Position numbers and translations under genes: made by a program. Of a DNA stretch of 64,000 bases, positions 50,769 through 62,342 are shown in pieces. The notes beneath the pieces are model-generated. The model saw nothing but the letters and a program-made list of their open reading frames with translations, ran no database searches and had not been told where the DNA came from. The first letter of the stretch is position 1. Each line of letters begins with the position of its first letter. Source of the DNA: Tubulanus polymorphus (Eukaryota; Animalia; Nemertea); the NCBI RefSeq assembly GCF_964204645.1, contig NC_134028.1, positions 21,138,345 through 21,202,344 on the forward strand, read 5' to 3'.

Positions 50769-51125
50769 GTCGTTGGCTATGCCGCTGCGCAGTTAGCATC
50801 GTCAGTACGGTAACATTTCATATACTCATTATAGGCCCATTTTACTTCCGAGGACCCACCTCGACAACAACCCTAGATAGATCGGCTCGTCACAGGTATA
50901 GCTGGATCGGTTATTTTGGTGAAACACTCTTGAGACCGTACCTTAACAATAGATATACAAACAATAACATCGCAAGCAAAACATGATATTCTTGGACTCG
51001 ATTTCCCTTTTCATATTGAAAACCAAGAGTGAAATACGGATATATTGTTGTTGTTTTTCCCATAATGCCTTTATTTATCTTTGAAAGAAATCGTATTGTG
51101 TATTCGAACTCCTGGTATGTATCCA

Positions 51126-51706
51126 GGAGGGAACGGAAAAAATGGCCAAGGAAAAATGGCCAAGGAAAAAATGGCCACAGAAAAAAAGGCCAAGTAAGAT
51201 TAAATAGAAAACTAACTATCATTTCATTAACTAACAGGAAATCAAATGCATTGATGTTTTGACGTGGGACTCTCTGAGATTATTGGACCGATTCCTGAAT
51301 TAGTTTTGGTAATTTACGATGATCATATCTAACTTTGATGTTATCAGACACTGCACCAGTTTACTATATGAATTACCACACAATTTCAATGCATTTACCT
51401 TTGATAGTTTAAGACAGCCAGTGCCTTAATGGCTTACTTTGATGTTTTGAAATATTAATTTAGCTAATTTACTAAGTTTAAGTTTACCACTATCAAGTTT
51501 ATCCATTGATCTGAAATGAAATGTAATTCATCAAATTTCTGAACGCATTATACCGATTGTAATTGTTTTAAGCCCCATAGAAATAAATGATGCCATTAAA
51601 TTGAAAGCTTAATGTTTTATCAACATTGTCAGTGTTTCTCATAAATTTTCCTTGGCATTTTTTCCGTGGCCATTTTTTCCTTGGCCATTTTTTCCTGCAA
51701 TCCTCC
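51126..51706. mobile_element. Mutator-like MITE with subrepeated TIRs (GGAAAAAATGGCCAA)n
   Basis: ggaggg.acggaaaaaatggccaagg... and inverse ...ccttggccattttttcctgcaatcctcc. Confidence 0.7.
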
Positions 51707-51748
51707 CATACAGGTATTAGAACGTCGAAGGCTCGATTAACGCTTAAC

Positions 51749-51955
51749 TCAATCGACAAGACAGTGGCCACAAACTGAGCCCATGCAAGCAAAATAGGTA
51801 CAGTCATAACTATCCATCGATTCATCCATTGATTGACACGATGTTCTACAGATTGCAAGACAGTTTTTACACGTCGGTGCTGATGTGCCCATAGCACGAT
51901 TCGAGCTGCCCATCCAGATGGTTATCAATACATGCAAAACAACAACTACTAGAAT
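51749..51955 (-). CDS. Secreted 8-Cys peptide exon, subfamily C, copy C3 (alternative last exon joined to leader 53572-53601)
   Basis: Acceptor ttccatactcttcttcag| (homologous to the B acceptor), phase 0: ILVVVVLHVLITIWMGSSNRAMGTSAPTCKNCLAICRTSCQSMDESMDSYDCTYFACMGSVCGHCLVD*. No Met before the hydrophobic core, so it needs the leader exon. Confidence 0.78.
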   Translation of the reverse strand: MLVVVVLHVLITIWMGSSNRAMGTSAPTCKNCLAICRTSCQSMDESMDSYDCTYFACMGSVCGHCLVD

Positions 51956-52050
51956 CTGAAGAAGAGTATGGAAAACAAACTGTAAACGAATATAATTGAA
52001 TTAAGTTGACTTTTTCTCTCGAAGGCTCGATGGACGTTTTATTCACCGAA

Positions 52051-53601
52051 TCAATCATAAGTACATCTGTGACAAAAGAATTTCATGCAGAGAAACGTGC
52101 AATCATATTCACGTCTCTTCCCTTGACACGCTTGGCTGCAGGTTGCATGACACTCTTTACACGTAGCTGACACGTTATAAATACCACGAGTAGCCGAACT
52201 ACCCGCCGAGGCCGTTATCAAAACATGCAGAACTAAAACTATAACAATCATCTGAAGAAGAACATGGAACCTGTTAATCGAACATGGCGAGGTGCTCCGC
52301 GGACAGACCGTTTGAAAATTACAATAACCACATGCAAACGTGGTTAACGGATAATAAGATAAAAACCCCACTATTTACAAATTGAAAGAATTTTAAAATC
52401 GACAGTACACGACGTTTCGATCTCACCCTAGATATCATCGTCAGGTGTGAGATATAGACTTAAAACAAGGGTATATATAATGAGGAGAACAGGTTGATTG
52501 AGTGATATAATACCCTTGTTTTTTAGTCTATATCTCACACCTGAAGATGATCTCTAGGGTGAGATCGAAACGTCGTGTAAATTATATTTCAGATTTTTTG
52601 ATTGAATAAATTCTCGATTTTAAAATTCTTTTAATTTGTACATAGTGGGTTTTCATTTATTGCCCGCTCCCCCAAGTATGTGCTTGTAAACTTTATTATG
52701 AATGAACAGTGAATGAAGTAGATAAGTCAATTTCTTTGTGGTTTAGAATATCATTTAGAATATACTGGCGGCCTATAAAAACCTGAACAAGAAGTCACAC
52801 TTTCATAGTAACTTAAATATATAGATGAATATGAATAGTTTGATCAATGTTAAGTATATAGGCGGTCATCGATTCATTACGTAAATTTCCAACGATGGAG
52901 ACCCTCTACCTTGTTGACCTGTACGCACGAGATTGAACCCCCTTGTGCGTATACGTACTACATCCGTATTTTCGCACCCTCCCCCTCTACTGTTCTCATT
53001 ATCCTAATCCAAACCATATAAGATTGCATACTTTATCAAACTTCATCAGTTCACGAACTTTTTTGAATGCATCATCGCCATTACAACGTCCAATCGGAGT
53101 TAACCACCCTATGTTTGGAGAATCACCAAGGTCGATGAGGCGTTTTTATAAAGCAACTCGTATCAAATCGCTTTACTCTGCCGTGGCACAAATCATAATC
53201 GCCTTCAATAAATGACCCTACCTCAAAGCATTTCCATGAGCTATTTGGCCGCATTGGGTACTCGCAGTGGGGCTTTGGTTGAATAAGGTTGTAAGGAAAT
53301 CGTTTTTGGACCAAAATTTCTGATGTCATTAGGGCACTAAGCCCCTGCCCCCTCTGTATGATGTGATGTAATTTACTTTAACCACCCCCCCTATTGTGCT
53401 TACGTAATAAATGGATGACCCCATATATATTTCTTCCAAGTTTAAGCCTGGTTTTCACGACAAGTTTCCATCTACCTTTTTTACTGCCGCCAGGCTTTAC
53501 CAGTAAGTTTAAAGCCCATGCCATGAAACCCAACCGTGCTATTGCACCTCATCTATATAGAAACAACATACCTTACTGCTTTTAGCTGTCATGTCATACA
53601 T
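52051..53601 (-). CDS. Secreted 8-Cys peptide, subfamily B, copy B3 (inverted third copy)
   Basis: Leader exon 53572-53601 (MYDMTAKSSK|gtatgt) plus exon 52051-52251 MIVIVLVLHVLITASAGSSATRGIYNVSATCKECHATCSQACQGKRREYDCTFLCMKFFCHRCTYD*; AATAAA at 52038-52043 on minus strand. Confidence 0.82.
52407..52448 (-). ncRNA. Minimal type I hammerhead ribozyme-like motif
   Basis: ACAC-CTGACGA-t-GATATC-tagggt-GAGATC-GAAAC-GTC-GTGT; one stem II mismatch. Confidence 0.5.
52537..52578 (+). ncRNA. Minimal type I hammerhead ribozyme-like motif
   Basis: ACAC-CTGAAGA-t-GATCTC-tagggt-GAGATC-GAAAC-GTC-GTGT: core boxes, perfect 6-bp stem II, 4-bp stem I, loopless stem III as in Penelope-associated hammerheads. Confidence 0.6.
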
Positions 53602-53924
53602 TTGAAAGGGAAGAAAACACTTGGCGCCTGCTGGAAAGATGGTTTAGACGATTATACCGGATGATGTATAATAAATGATGTCGTGTCGTTTTAAGCCAGC
53701 TGTCCATATACGATATTCTGAATTATTTAGACAACTGAAGTTAATATTGAGTTAGCTTAACTCAGTTTTGTAATCGTAGATTCTCAGACTGAGGAAAAGT
53801 AAAGACGCTAATGAAAGCGTCACTCATAATCTCTCCCCGACTCACCAAAAACTGCTGCCACGTGTACAAAAAAACCCCAATAATAACCCCCACAGCCTCG
53901 AAGAAATCGCCATAGGGACGTGCG

Positions 53925-54050
53925 AACATACCGACATACCGACAAACCGACAAACCGACGAACCGACAAACCGACAAACCGACGAACCGACAAACCGACG
54001 AACCGACAAACCGACATACCGACATACCGACAAACCGACGAACCGACAAA
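53925..54050. repeat. 8-bp tandem repeat (ACCGACAA/GA/AT)n
   Basis: Read directly; marks the edge of the inverted third copy. Confidence 0.9.
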
Positions 54051-54059
54051 AAGACAAAT

Positions 54060-54487
54060 CCGTGCGTGGATCACCCTTATATAAAGTGGCTGGAAGCGAG
54101 GGGCTGCGTGTGTGCGTAGGTTACCCTTATATAGAGTGGCTGGGATCGAGGGGCCGCGTGTGTGAGTGGATCACCCTTATATAGAGTGGCTTGGATCGAG
54201 GGGTGGTGTGTGCGTGGATTACCCTTATATAGAGTGGCTGCTATCGAGGGGCTGCGTGTGTGCGTGGATCACCCTTATATTCACCCAGTCCTGAGAATGG
54301 CCGGTTCGCGGAGCTCCGTATACTGCCTATACTAAAGAGCTCGCGTGAATCAGGGGTCGCATTAGCGATATACTGACACTAAGGTTCTCAGTGAACCCTT
54401 ATATAGAGTGACCGGGATCGAGGGGCTGCGTGTGTGCGTGGATTACCCTTATATAAAGTGGCTGGCCGGATCGATGAGCTGCGTGCT
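54060..54487. repeat. ~50-bp minisatellite (GTGCGTGGATCACCCTTATATAGAGTGGCTGGGATCGAGGGGCTGCGT-like)
   Basis: About 6-7 degenerate units with one interruption. Confidence 0.85.
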
Positions 54488-54859
54488 TCCATCAGTTGAT
54501 TTTCACAATCAGGATTGTAGACATTGTCGACGAGTAGAATCGGCCGACATTTAGGATTGATAGATCTCTACTTTTACATGTTCTGGAGTTGAGCCGCACG
54601 TCCTATGGCGTAATGTCGTAAGATTCAATCAGTCCAATATTGGCGGATAAATTCCAAATACCAGTCCAATGTGATAAGTCTCTGCTGGAACTATTTAATG
54701 CTATAATGGACTTGAGCCTAAATAGTTAACACCGGACTCCGCAATCGCGGCCGAGTATCAACGGAACAGAATAATGGAACAAAGATTGAATCACCCGCGT
54801 GTTGAACAAAAGCGCGCGTAACATTTTAAATTATACAATTCGCCGCTTACATTCAGCGC

Positions 54860-54931
54860 TCCCATATGGTCTAGTGGTTAGGATACGCGGCTCTCACCCG
54901 CGTGGCCCGGGTTCGATTCCCGGTGTGGGAA
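54860..54931 (+). tRNA. trnE-CTC: tRNA-Glu(CTC)
   Basis: Identical 72-nt sequence; TTTTTT terminator about 5 nt downstream. Confidence 0.96.
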
Positions 54932-55615
54932 CATATTTTTCGCTCTTTTTAGTGTTATTTTTTCTTTATAAAATGTTAGTGATTTGCTAGTTACAGCCTA
55001 CATATTTGATCTACATGCCATAGTTCGCTTTAGCACCAACCCTTTTATTGATATGTTCATTATGACGATTAGCCGTTTTGGCCCAGGCATTTTGTTGCAT
55101 TCATGGCGATTTGTATGTACTTATACTTGTGAAAAACCGCTCCAGTTTTAAGCGTAAAATGACAAGAAAGAATTCTAATTACAGTGAATTTATTATTCAT
55201 TTTCACATATATACACGTTGGCTTCATGATAAAGTCACGGGTGATTGTGGGCTGATTGCGGGTCCATTGGGTAGTAATGCATTGACGTGGGCACAACTCG
55301 TCATAGACACACGTACACGTGTCTTGTTAGCTGCTAGGCGTAGACCAGGCCTGGGTTCGGGAGAACTGCCATCTGTCGTCAACACGATGCGAAGTCGGAT
55401 CCGGAGGCTAATTTTGAGAACTCGTCGCGTCCCAAAAGGACACCTTGATGTCCAACGGCAATATAAGCGCACGGGCTGTTGGACTGAAATGCAACATTTT
55501 ATTTTGTTTGTTGATGTAAAAGGCACCCACAGATTTGATGGACAAGTCGCCCCCTGGATCCACTCCCACTCTCTATATATATATTGTGTTGAAGTTCGGA
55601 GTGTAGGTGATAGGC

Positions 55616-58600
55616 TTAGAACCGATGAGTCGTTAACGTATGCCAATACGATATCTTGGTCATTGGTGAAGACACCATCGCTTTCTGCCAATGCATTAAT
55701 CCACTGTCAGCACCGCGTGGACCAATCACTATCTGCCCTAGGGGGCGACTCTTTCGCAGTTTACTCTTCGCGCATGCGGTGAATATAAGTTTCATGTTAT
55801 GACTGGTCGCGGGATTGACGTCGAATACAAATGATTCATTATATTCGGGATTCGTTTGTTTGCGTATTATTCTGGTTTTCCGAGTCTTCACAATTTCGTC
55901 CGAGAACATAAAACACACTCTCACAAAGACACCAACTAGAAAATAGCCATTTAAAATTGTTCACGACGGTGAATGTAAATGCACAAATCCCACCGACCTA
56001 TTAACTTTTGAAGTTGCTTTTTCCAAAAGAAAATATATAGAAAGCGACTTTCACTATCAAAATCATCTTTATATCTCTTTCTAAATGGTAATCTACTCCG
56101 AATTACCAAAAGTAGAATTTAGGACATATTTGAATCACCCGCTCGTTGATTAAAGTGTGCATAGCGTTTAATACACAGCATGCGCCCGAAATAATTGTAA
56201 TCCCATATGGTCTAGTGGTTAGGATACGCGGCTCTCACCCGCGTGGCCCGGGTTCGATTCCCGGTGTGGGAACAATTTTTTTCTTACGTTGCAATTTTTT
56301 AAATAAGCCTATTAAGCCTAATGTGTTACTAGCGAACTTTCCGCCGTTTTTACCTGTACTATCCTTTTCCCAAACGTTCGGAATATAAAGATCTTGACCT
56401 CGAAGAATCCCAACTGTTAACTTCTTAAATAATGGATCATATGCTAGTGATATATACAATTGTCCTTCATCCAAATCACTCTGAAAAACACAACGAAGAA
56501 AACATTTAAAACTGAAAGATTTGTGTTTTGCTCTTCTTTTTAGAAAATGCGTTTTGGTGGTTATGAATTTGAGCCGAGTAGTAGGCCGACTTTTCCATGC
56601 GGCCTTAAGCCTAGCGCACATCGACAAAGCGACTGGAGACAACTAGTTGCTAGTGAGCGAGTACCCCGCGCACATCGAAAATTTAGTAAAAACCAGTAAC
56701 TGCGTGGCTCATGCCGGTCGCTAAATCCATAGCGCACACATCGACAGCAACTGAGATGTGGTTAAGCAAATATTCTTGAGGGCATCACACGTCACGTGAC
56801 AAATAGCTTTGTTTTAGTCAGTTACAACCATGTGTTGTTGATTATGGAGCGCTCACATCGACGGATATGCGAGCAACTGAGTACAACTAGTTGCTCTAAA
56901 GTAGAACATGAGCAACTGGGTGGAACTGGAGATAGATATGGACGCTAACCAGTCGTAAGCTCGCTCACATCGACAAATTCGAGCAACTGATTGTATCCAG
57001 CCAGTTGCTCTCATGCGCCGAAAACTGCCTGGCAACTAGTTGTCTCCAATCGCAGTGTCGATGTGCGCTAGGCTTTAGGAAGCTTATATAGCCGCTAACA
57101 ACGCAGGCACCTAATGTAAGTACTATAAGAAGAGAAAGAAACAGAAGAAATAAGTTTGGTGTGAGAAGTAATTGGGCAAAAATGAAAACTTTTAGATGAC
57201 GCATAAGCAAATAAATAGTAACAGGGTTGGATGAACAAGGGATTGCACCGTCGGATGTCTGTATATTGTAATGATCAATAATTACACGAATCCTGTTGGG
57301 TTTTATTACCAGCGAAACACGAAAAATGCCTATAATCTATAGGGAAAGTACCGGTACGTTCGTAAAAAATCAAACGGCCCCTCAGACGCACACTTGGTAT
57401 TTGATCCAGCTTAAGAGATAATCGATTCACTTAGGATGACTATGTAATATTGTGATCTACGATGCTTAAGGAATAACAATAGGTATTAGTTTCACCTTAA
57501 TCATTATAGGAGAAATTAAAAGTTTTCCACATAACAGAATATTTTGAACTTATAACGAAATTCCCATTAGGAACTGACTGCGACTGTGACTTTGACCTGT
57601 TGACTCAATCATTTTGTGGGATCTATACGTATTAAATGGGAAAGCGTCATATGACACGGTTTAATTATAATTTTATCAACTCCGATAATGACAAATGAAA
57701 CTTTATGATTTCAGTTCAGCTATCGTCTGCAATAAAATTAAAAGGTTCAATTTGGTATCGGGTTATTTTAGAATGTTACAACCCGAGCAAATCACCTACA
57801 CCTCTCTCATATTGATGAAAAATATATATAAAATGTTTGTCCTTGTTTCAAATGTTTAAATGTTTTCTTTTCTCTATTTCTGGTCATTCCATCTGATATG
57901 ATGGCTGTTGGTCAAGAGTGTTGTTTCATTCCAATAAATTCCATCGGATAGAAAATGTTATTGCTGGTTTTTTCATCTGAACATAGGCTTTGCATTTCTG
58001 CTCCAATACGCGCGGTGCATTGGTACTCACCGGTAAAGACTCTTGTAAATCCATCCACATTTCATCTGCTATTGAGCTGTCGTCTGATATAGTTTTCAAC
58101 GGTAATAGCACGTGACCTTTGATGGAATCTCTTGAAAACCGATCGTATTCACAAACTGTAATCAATAACTTAGTTTCAGTTCTGTAATCCGCGGATAAGT
58201 TTGTAAACAGAAACTCCTCGTTGAAAACTGGGTCTGCGTTGCGATAGTTTTTACTGGTAAATTTCGTATCCTTGTTCGGTAGTATAGTTAACTTCAGGAA
58301 TGTCGTTTCCGATGACTTTTTGCGATATTTCGATCGCAAGTTCTCGGCCCTGTTTATTCTGACTAACAGCGATTTTCTCGCGTTTCGCGGCTCAACCGAG
58401 AAACACAATCTTCCGTGGACTTTTCGCGAACAAGCTGCGTTAACTGTCGCGGTTTCTTCGTCGTAACTGCTGTCGGAGAGATAAAGACCTTTATCCAATT
58501 CTTCTAAACTGATACTAAACGAATCGAAACTTCCCCTTCTCGGCTGATGTCGGGTCGACAGAGTCAATCTGTCGACTGACCGACACATCGTCGACATCCG

Positions 58601-58876
58601 CTGTAAATCCGTTAAACTTCGTCGCCTGTCGGCATTCATCTCATCACAACTCTCATAATCCAAAAAACTGTCTTGACTTCTTGTGACGAGCGGTTTTTGA
58701 AGTAACTGTATTACTGGTTCAGTTATGATAATAGTAGGTCTCCTACTCCCATCCGGGTCGCCAGGCTCGTACCCTGCATCGTCACTAGCAGCAGCAGCAG
58801 CAGCAGTATCCCCTTTAGACTGATTATCGTAACAAAATATACGACAGCAACATTTCCAAATCACTGAAACAATCAT
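55616..58876 (-). CDS. Synaptotagmin-like tandem C2-domain protein (SYT15/17-like; no evident TM helix, degenerate Ca2+ ligands)
   Basis: Exons 58031-58876 (MIVSVIWKCCCRIFC...HGRLCFSVE...DPVFNEEFLF...VCEYDRFSRD), 56354-56480 (GQLYISLAYDPLFKKLTVGILRGQDL), 55616-55935 (KTRKTRIIRKQTNPEYNESFVFDV...LGQIVIG...HW...YWHTL). Phases 0 and 1 consistent; the true start could be further upstream. Confidence 0.85.
56201..56272 (+). tRNA. trnE-CTC: tRNA-Glu(CTC), antisense inside the last intron of the synaptotagmin-like gene
   Basis: Identical 72-nt sequence; T-run terminator. Confidence 0.96.
56608..57074. mobile_element. PIF/Harbinger (Tourist-like) MITE
   Basis: TTA|AGCCTAGCGCACATCGAC ... GTCGATGTGCGCTAGGCT|TTA: perfect 18-bp TIR and 3-bp TTA TSD. 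Confidence 0.88.
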
Positions 58877-59219
58877 GTTTCGATGCGGTATCTTCACATA
58901 CGCGGGGAAATGAACATTTCAGTTGCATATGCGCGCAGCGACATTCTTAATCGTTTCTATTAAGTGCCTCCGTCCTGAATTCCAGGTTACGACGTATAAA
59001 GGCGCTTTTACAGCTTGTGCTCGATTGCTAATTATTCCATTATTCGGTATATTCAGCGAGAGCCTGTTTATCACTAGGACATCGTACATGATAACTGGGT
59101 TTGTTGACAATACAATCATAATCACATTTGTATACGGCAGGTCACCCTCTCCCCTTTCTCCTCCCCTCTCCCTCCCCTATATCTCTCCCGCTCCATCTCT
59201 CATATTTCTCTCCCCTCCC

Positions 59220-59455
59220 TAGGGGCGGATCCAGCGGGTCAATTTGACTATATTCCTTGATATTACTGCTCAATGATCTGCCAACGAAGAAGCAAGCATT
59301 GCATTGTAAAATCCATTAAAGGAAAATTTTGAAAAATAACTTGTTTTCCGTGTATCTGGGGCATTCATACTATGTACTTCTTAAGAATATGTTAGTCACA
59401 TTTTTTTCTGACTATATTCCGAAATACAGTGGAATATAGCTTGGATCCGCCCCTG
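59220..59455. mobile_element. hAT-like MITE
   Basis: aggggcggatcca ... tggatccgcccctg inverted termini. Confidence 0.6.
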
Positions 59456-59819
59456 CTCCCCACTCCCTCTCTCTCTAAGTGATTAAAAAAAATTCATTCG
59501 ATTAATGCAACTGCGGCTCGACAGCCAATTTCCGCTAGTTTAACCATATAGACTCTACAAGGAATTCATAATTGTTTCAACTCATGCTCATTCATTGTAG
59601 TACGCGCTCGTGTTGAACGGTCAATTAATAAAGGTGGCGCATGATACTAGAGTTAGTGAGACAGACACGCAGTGTATGTGTCGTATGTCGCTTTAACGGC
59701 TAATGTTATAACGTCCCGTTCGGAGCCTCATTCGTTTATTCGAGCTGAATAATAATGAGCCCGGCTCAAGGTCTATTATCCTGACCCCGTGTGTAGACGA
59801 TATCGTGCACCGCCCGAAA

Positions 59820-62342
59820 ATGAATAAAATTTTTCTAGTTCTAGCTGTTGGACTTGTCTTTGCTTTCAGCATCGAATACAGTAAGTTGAAGATAAATGTT
59901 TGTTATATTTTTGGCAGGGATTTCGGGCGTGTAATTGCGAGGAACGAGTCAGAAAACGGTTGTAAGTTGTAAGACATTTGTGTCGGAGCATGTAGGCCGC
60001 CATCTTGGAGGAGGTCCCCGAACATGGCGACCAGTATATATATATATATATTATATCATTTCATTAAATAAGTATTTCAGTTTGCCATCCTATTTTGCTA
60101 ATAGCCCCCTCCTTCGAATGATTCAATTCTAATTTCACAGCTAAAATCAAAACTCGATTTCCAACTAAGTCAGAACAATGGAATATGTTATACTTAATAA
60201 CAACTTGAAATCAATCATTCAATGCGATTTCATGTTACGAGGGTTAAGCTTATTTTCGTAATAGTTCACCTGATGAATTATTGTTTTATAGTATCACATA
60301 AAACAAGCAATTTATATTCAACCTCTTCGAGGTTTCTTCAAACTGTCCTCTTTCTTGCTCCGTTTTAGACGTAAGAAAGTATATGGACATTGTAAATTTG
60401 GGGTAATTAATTACTTCACGATATTTATGATATGCTGGTGATTTCAGATATCCTGTGGTATATGCGTATCATTTTGTAGTTGTGGACACACGCACTTCTA
60501 GTTTTCCGGCTTTCAAATCCTTATTTGTTCAAGGAGGCGTGATATTCTTCGAGTTATCGACGATCGATTCAGTGCATGATCTTGGAACAGCCTGGATTAC
60601 ATATATCGATAGAAAAGTTAACATTAAAAATAGATTTATATTTCCTTTTGAAAAAAGGTGATCTTTGAAGGATTACCTATCATGAAAAAATGTGTTTCTC
60701 TAAAATTGAAGTTAAGTATGCAGCATGGTCGTTTTTAGCAGGGGCAGATTTCCACCCGGAAACTTTGAAAAGGTGCCATTTTTCCAAATACTGGTACATA
60801 TTATTATGTCCTATAGAATTGGCCTTTTTCTTGCCCTCTAAATTCCAAATGCTCGGTACGACCGTACGCAGTCCTAATTTAAATTCGTTTCTGGTTGACA
60901 AACGTAGAATTTGCTACTTCACATTCGTATGCCACAGTTTCGGTAAAGGTAAACACTCAAAACCGTCAATTGCGAATATTTTAACATGATTTCGAAAACA
61001 TTTCGATATAAGCATTTACATATACCAGTCCTATTGACAGCTGTCGTGTCTCATCGTGAAGCTAAGGAATTCATCTCTGAATGATGAAATATCAATCTCT
61101 GTATGTCCTTTATTTACGTATATCGATGCAAGACCATCTAATGTAACATGATCAGATACGCCCAGACTCCTCAGACTAGATCAATATTTCCTGATATAGA
61201 AAGAAATTCTGCACACATAGATATCTTCCCACTCCGAATGCTTGTTTATTCCACCAGAGAAGTACATGAATATCACCAATACAACTGCGAATATATTCAT
61301 AGTTTGTTAATTACAATATCAGTGCATACAAGTACCGAGCAGGTAATTGGTAGACATTATTCCCATATGCTACGAATAGTATTTGCAATGCTAATAATAG
61401 GCTGAGTAAAGGAATATCAGACAATCTGTTCTCACAAATTGTACACCGAAATACGTTAAAGTGATTCGTAAGCGCTTTCAATAACATATTAGAATCGTTT
61501 TCTTAAACTTAGAAAACAATCTTATGTAATAACGAAATACGCTGTAACCCAAGCAATTTCAGTATCGCTCGCTAAAATTATTTTCTTCAATTTATCTCAT
61601 GCTTGTCACGTAATATTTATGTATTTTCAGCCTCTTCAATCAAATGTTACCTGTGTAACACCTATGCTCAACCTTTGAAGTGTAATGATTGGTTTGACAA
61701 TAGTACTCAGCCGGTTAGAGACTGTCCCGATAATACTACGCTGGGACCGGCCATCGGATGTCGAAAGATAGTACAAGAAGGTGAGTAGCAGATAAACGAC
61801 GATGAAACATTCTGAGTTCATATTGTGTTGTTAAGCAGATATTACGAAATCTCACGCTAGAAAATAAAATCTGAAATGTTTCCTTGAAATAGTAGTAGGT
61901 ATATCCTAATAGTCCTAGGAATACAGTAATCAGAAGGTAATTTTAAGATAAAGTCGAAACCAACTCGGGGAAACATTTCGTATCCGTTTTTCCTTCTTAT
62001 TGAGGAATCTGAAGTTATATTTTCGCCTCATTCGAACTCGCTATTTCGTGTATCAAACTAAGACGTATTTCTTTTTGGAATTTTGCAGCTGAATTCGAAG
62101 GTAAATGGAACGTTCGTATAGTTCGTCAATGCGCCTATCACGGGGAGCCAGGAGCGGATGAGGGTCGTGTATGCAAGGAACGCGTCGGCACCTACCGAGT
62201 ACGCGTCCGTTATTGTCACTGCAACAACAAAGATGGCTGCAATACAGCCACCGGTGCGAAGATTAGCTATGCAGCTTTGTTACCCGTCCTATTGATCACG
62301 GCAGCGTTTGGATACAAGAGTTTACACTGGACTTTATCATAG
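59820..62342 (+). CDS. crok: Ly6/uPAR three-finger GPI-anchored protein, crooked/quiver family
   Basis: Exons 59820-59880 (MNKIFLVLAVGLVFAFSIEY signal), 61631-61780 (IKCYLCN...KCNDWFDNST...DC...CRKIVQE), 62089-62342 (GKWNVRIVRQCAYHGEPGADEGRVCKERVGTYRVRVRYCHCNNKDGCN + hydrophobic GPI signal). 10 Cys; closely resembles Drosophila Crooked motifs as I recall them (FDNST, CRKI.Q, CAY.GEPG, C.CN.KDGCN). Confidence 0.88.

Larger units (their letters stand above)
52330..52662. mobile_element. Penelope-like terminal-repeat fragment in inverted arrangement, inserted in the B3/C3 intron
   Basis: Inverted arms carrying hammerhead-like cores; absent from copies 1 and 2; relative at 18688-19008. Confidence 0.65.

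Noticed and set aside
55078-55782. 234-aa plus-strand and 155-aa minus-strand ORFs
   Set aside because: No recognisable domain, non-ATG starts, and they overlap the last exon and likely 3' UTR of the synaptotagmin-like gene.
54799-56388. Repeated peptide PYGLVVRIRGSHPRGPGSIPGVGT in several ORFs (also at 37487-37684)
   Set aside because: It is the translation of the tRNA-Glu genes.
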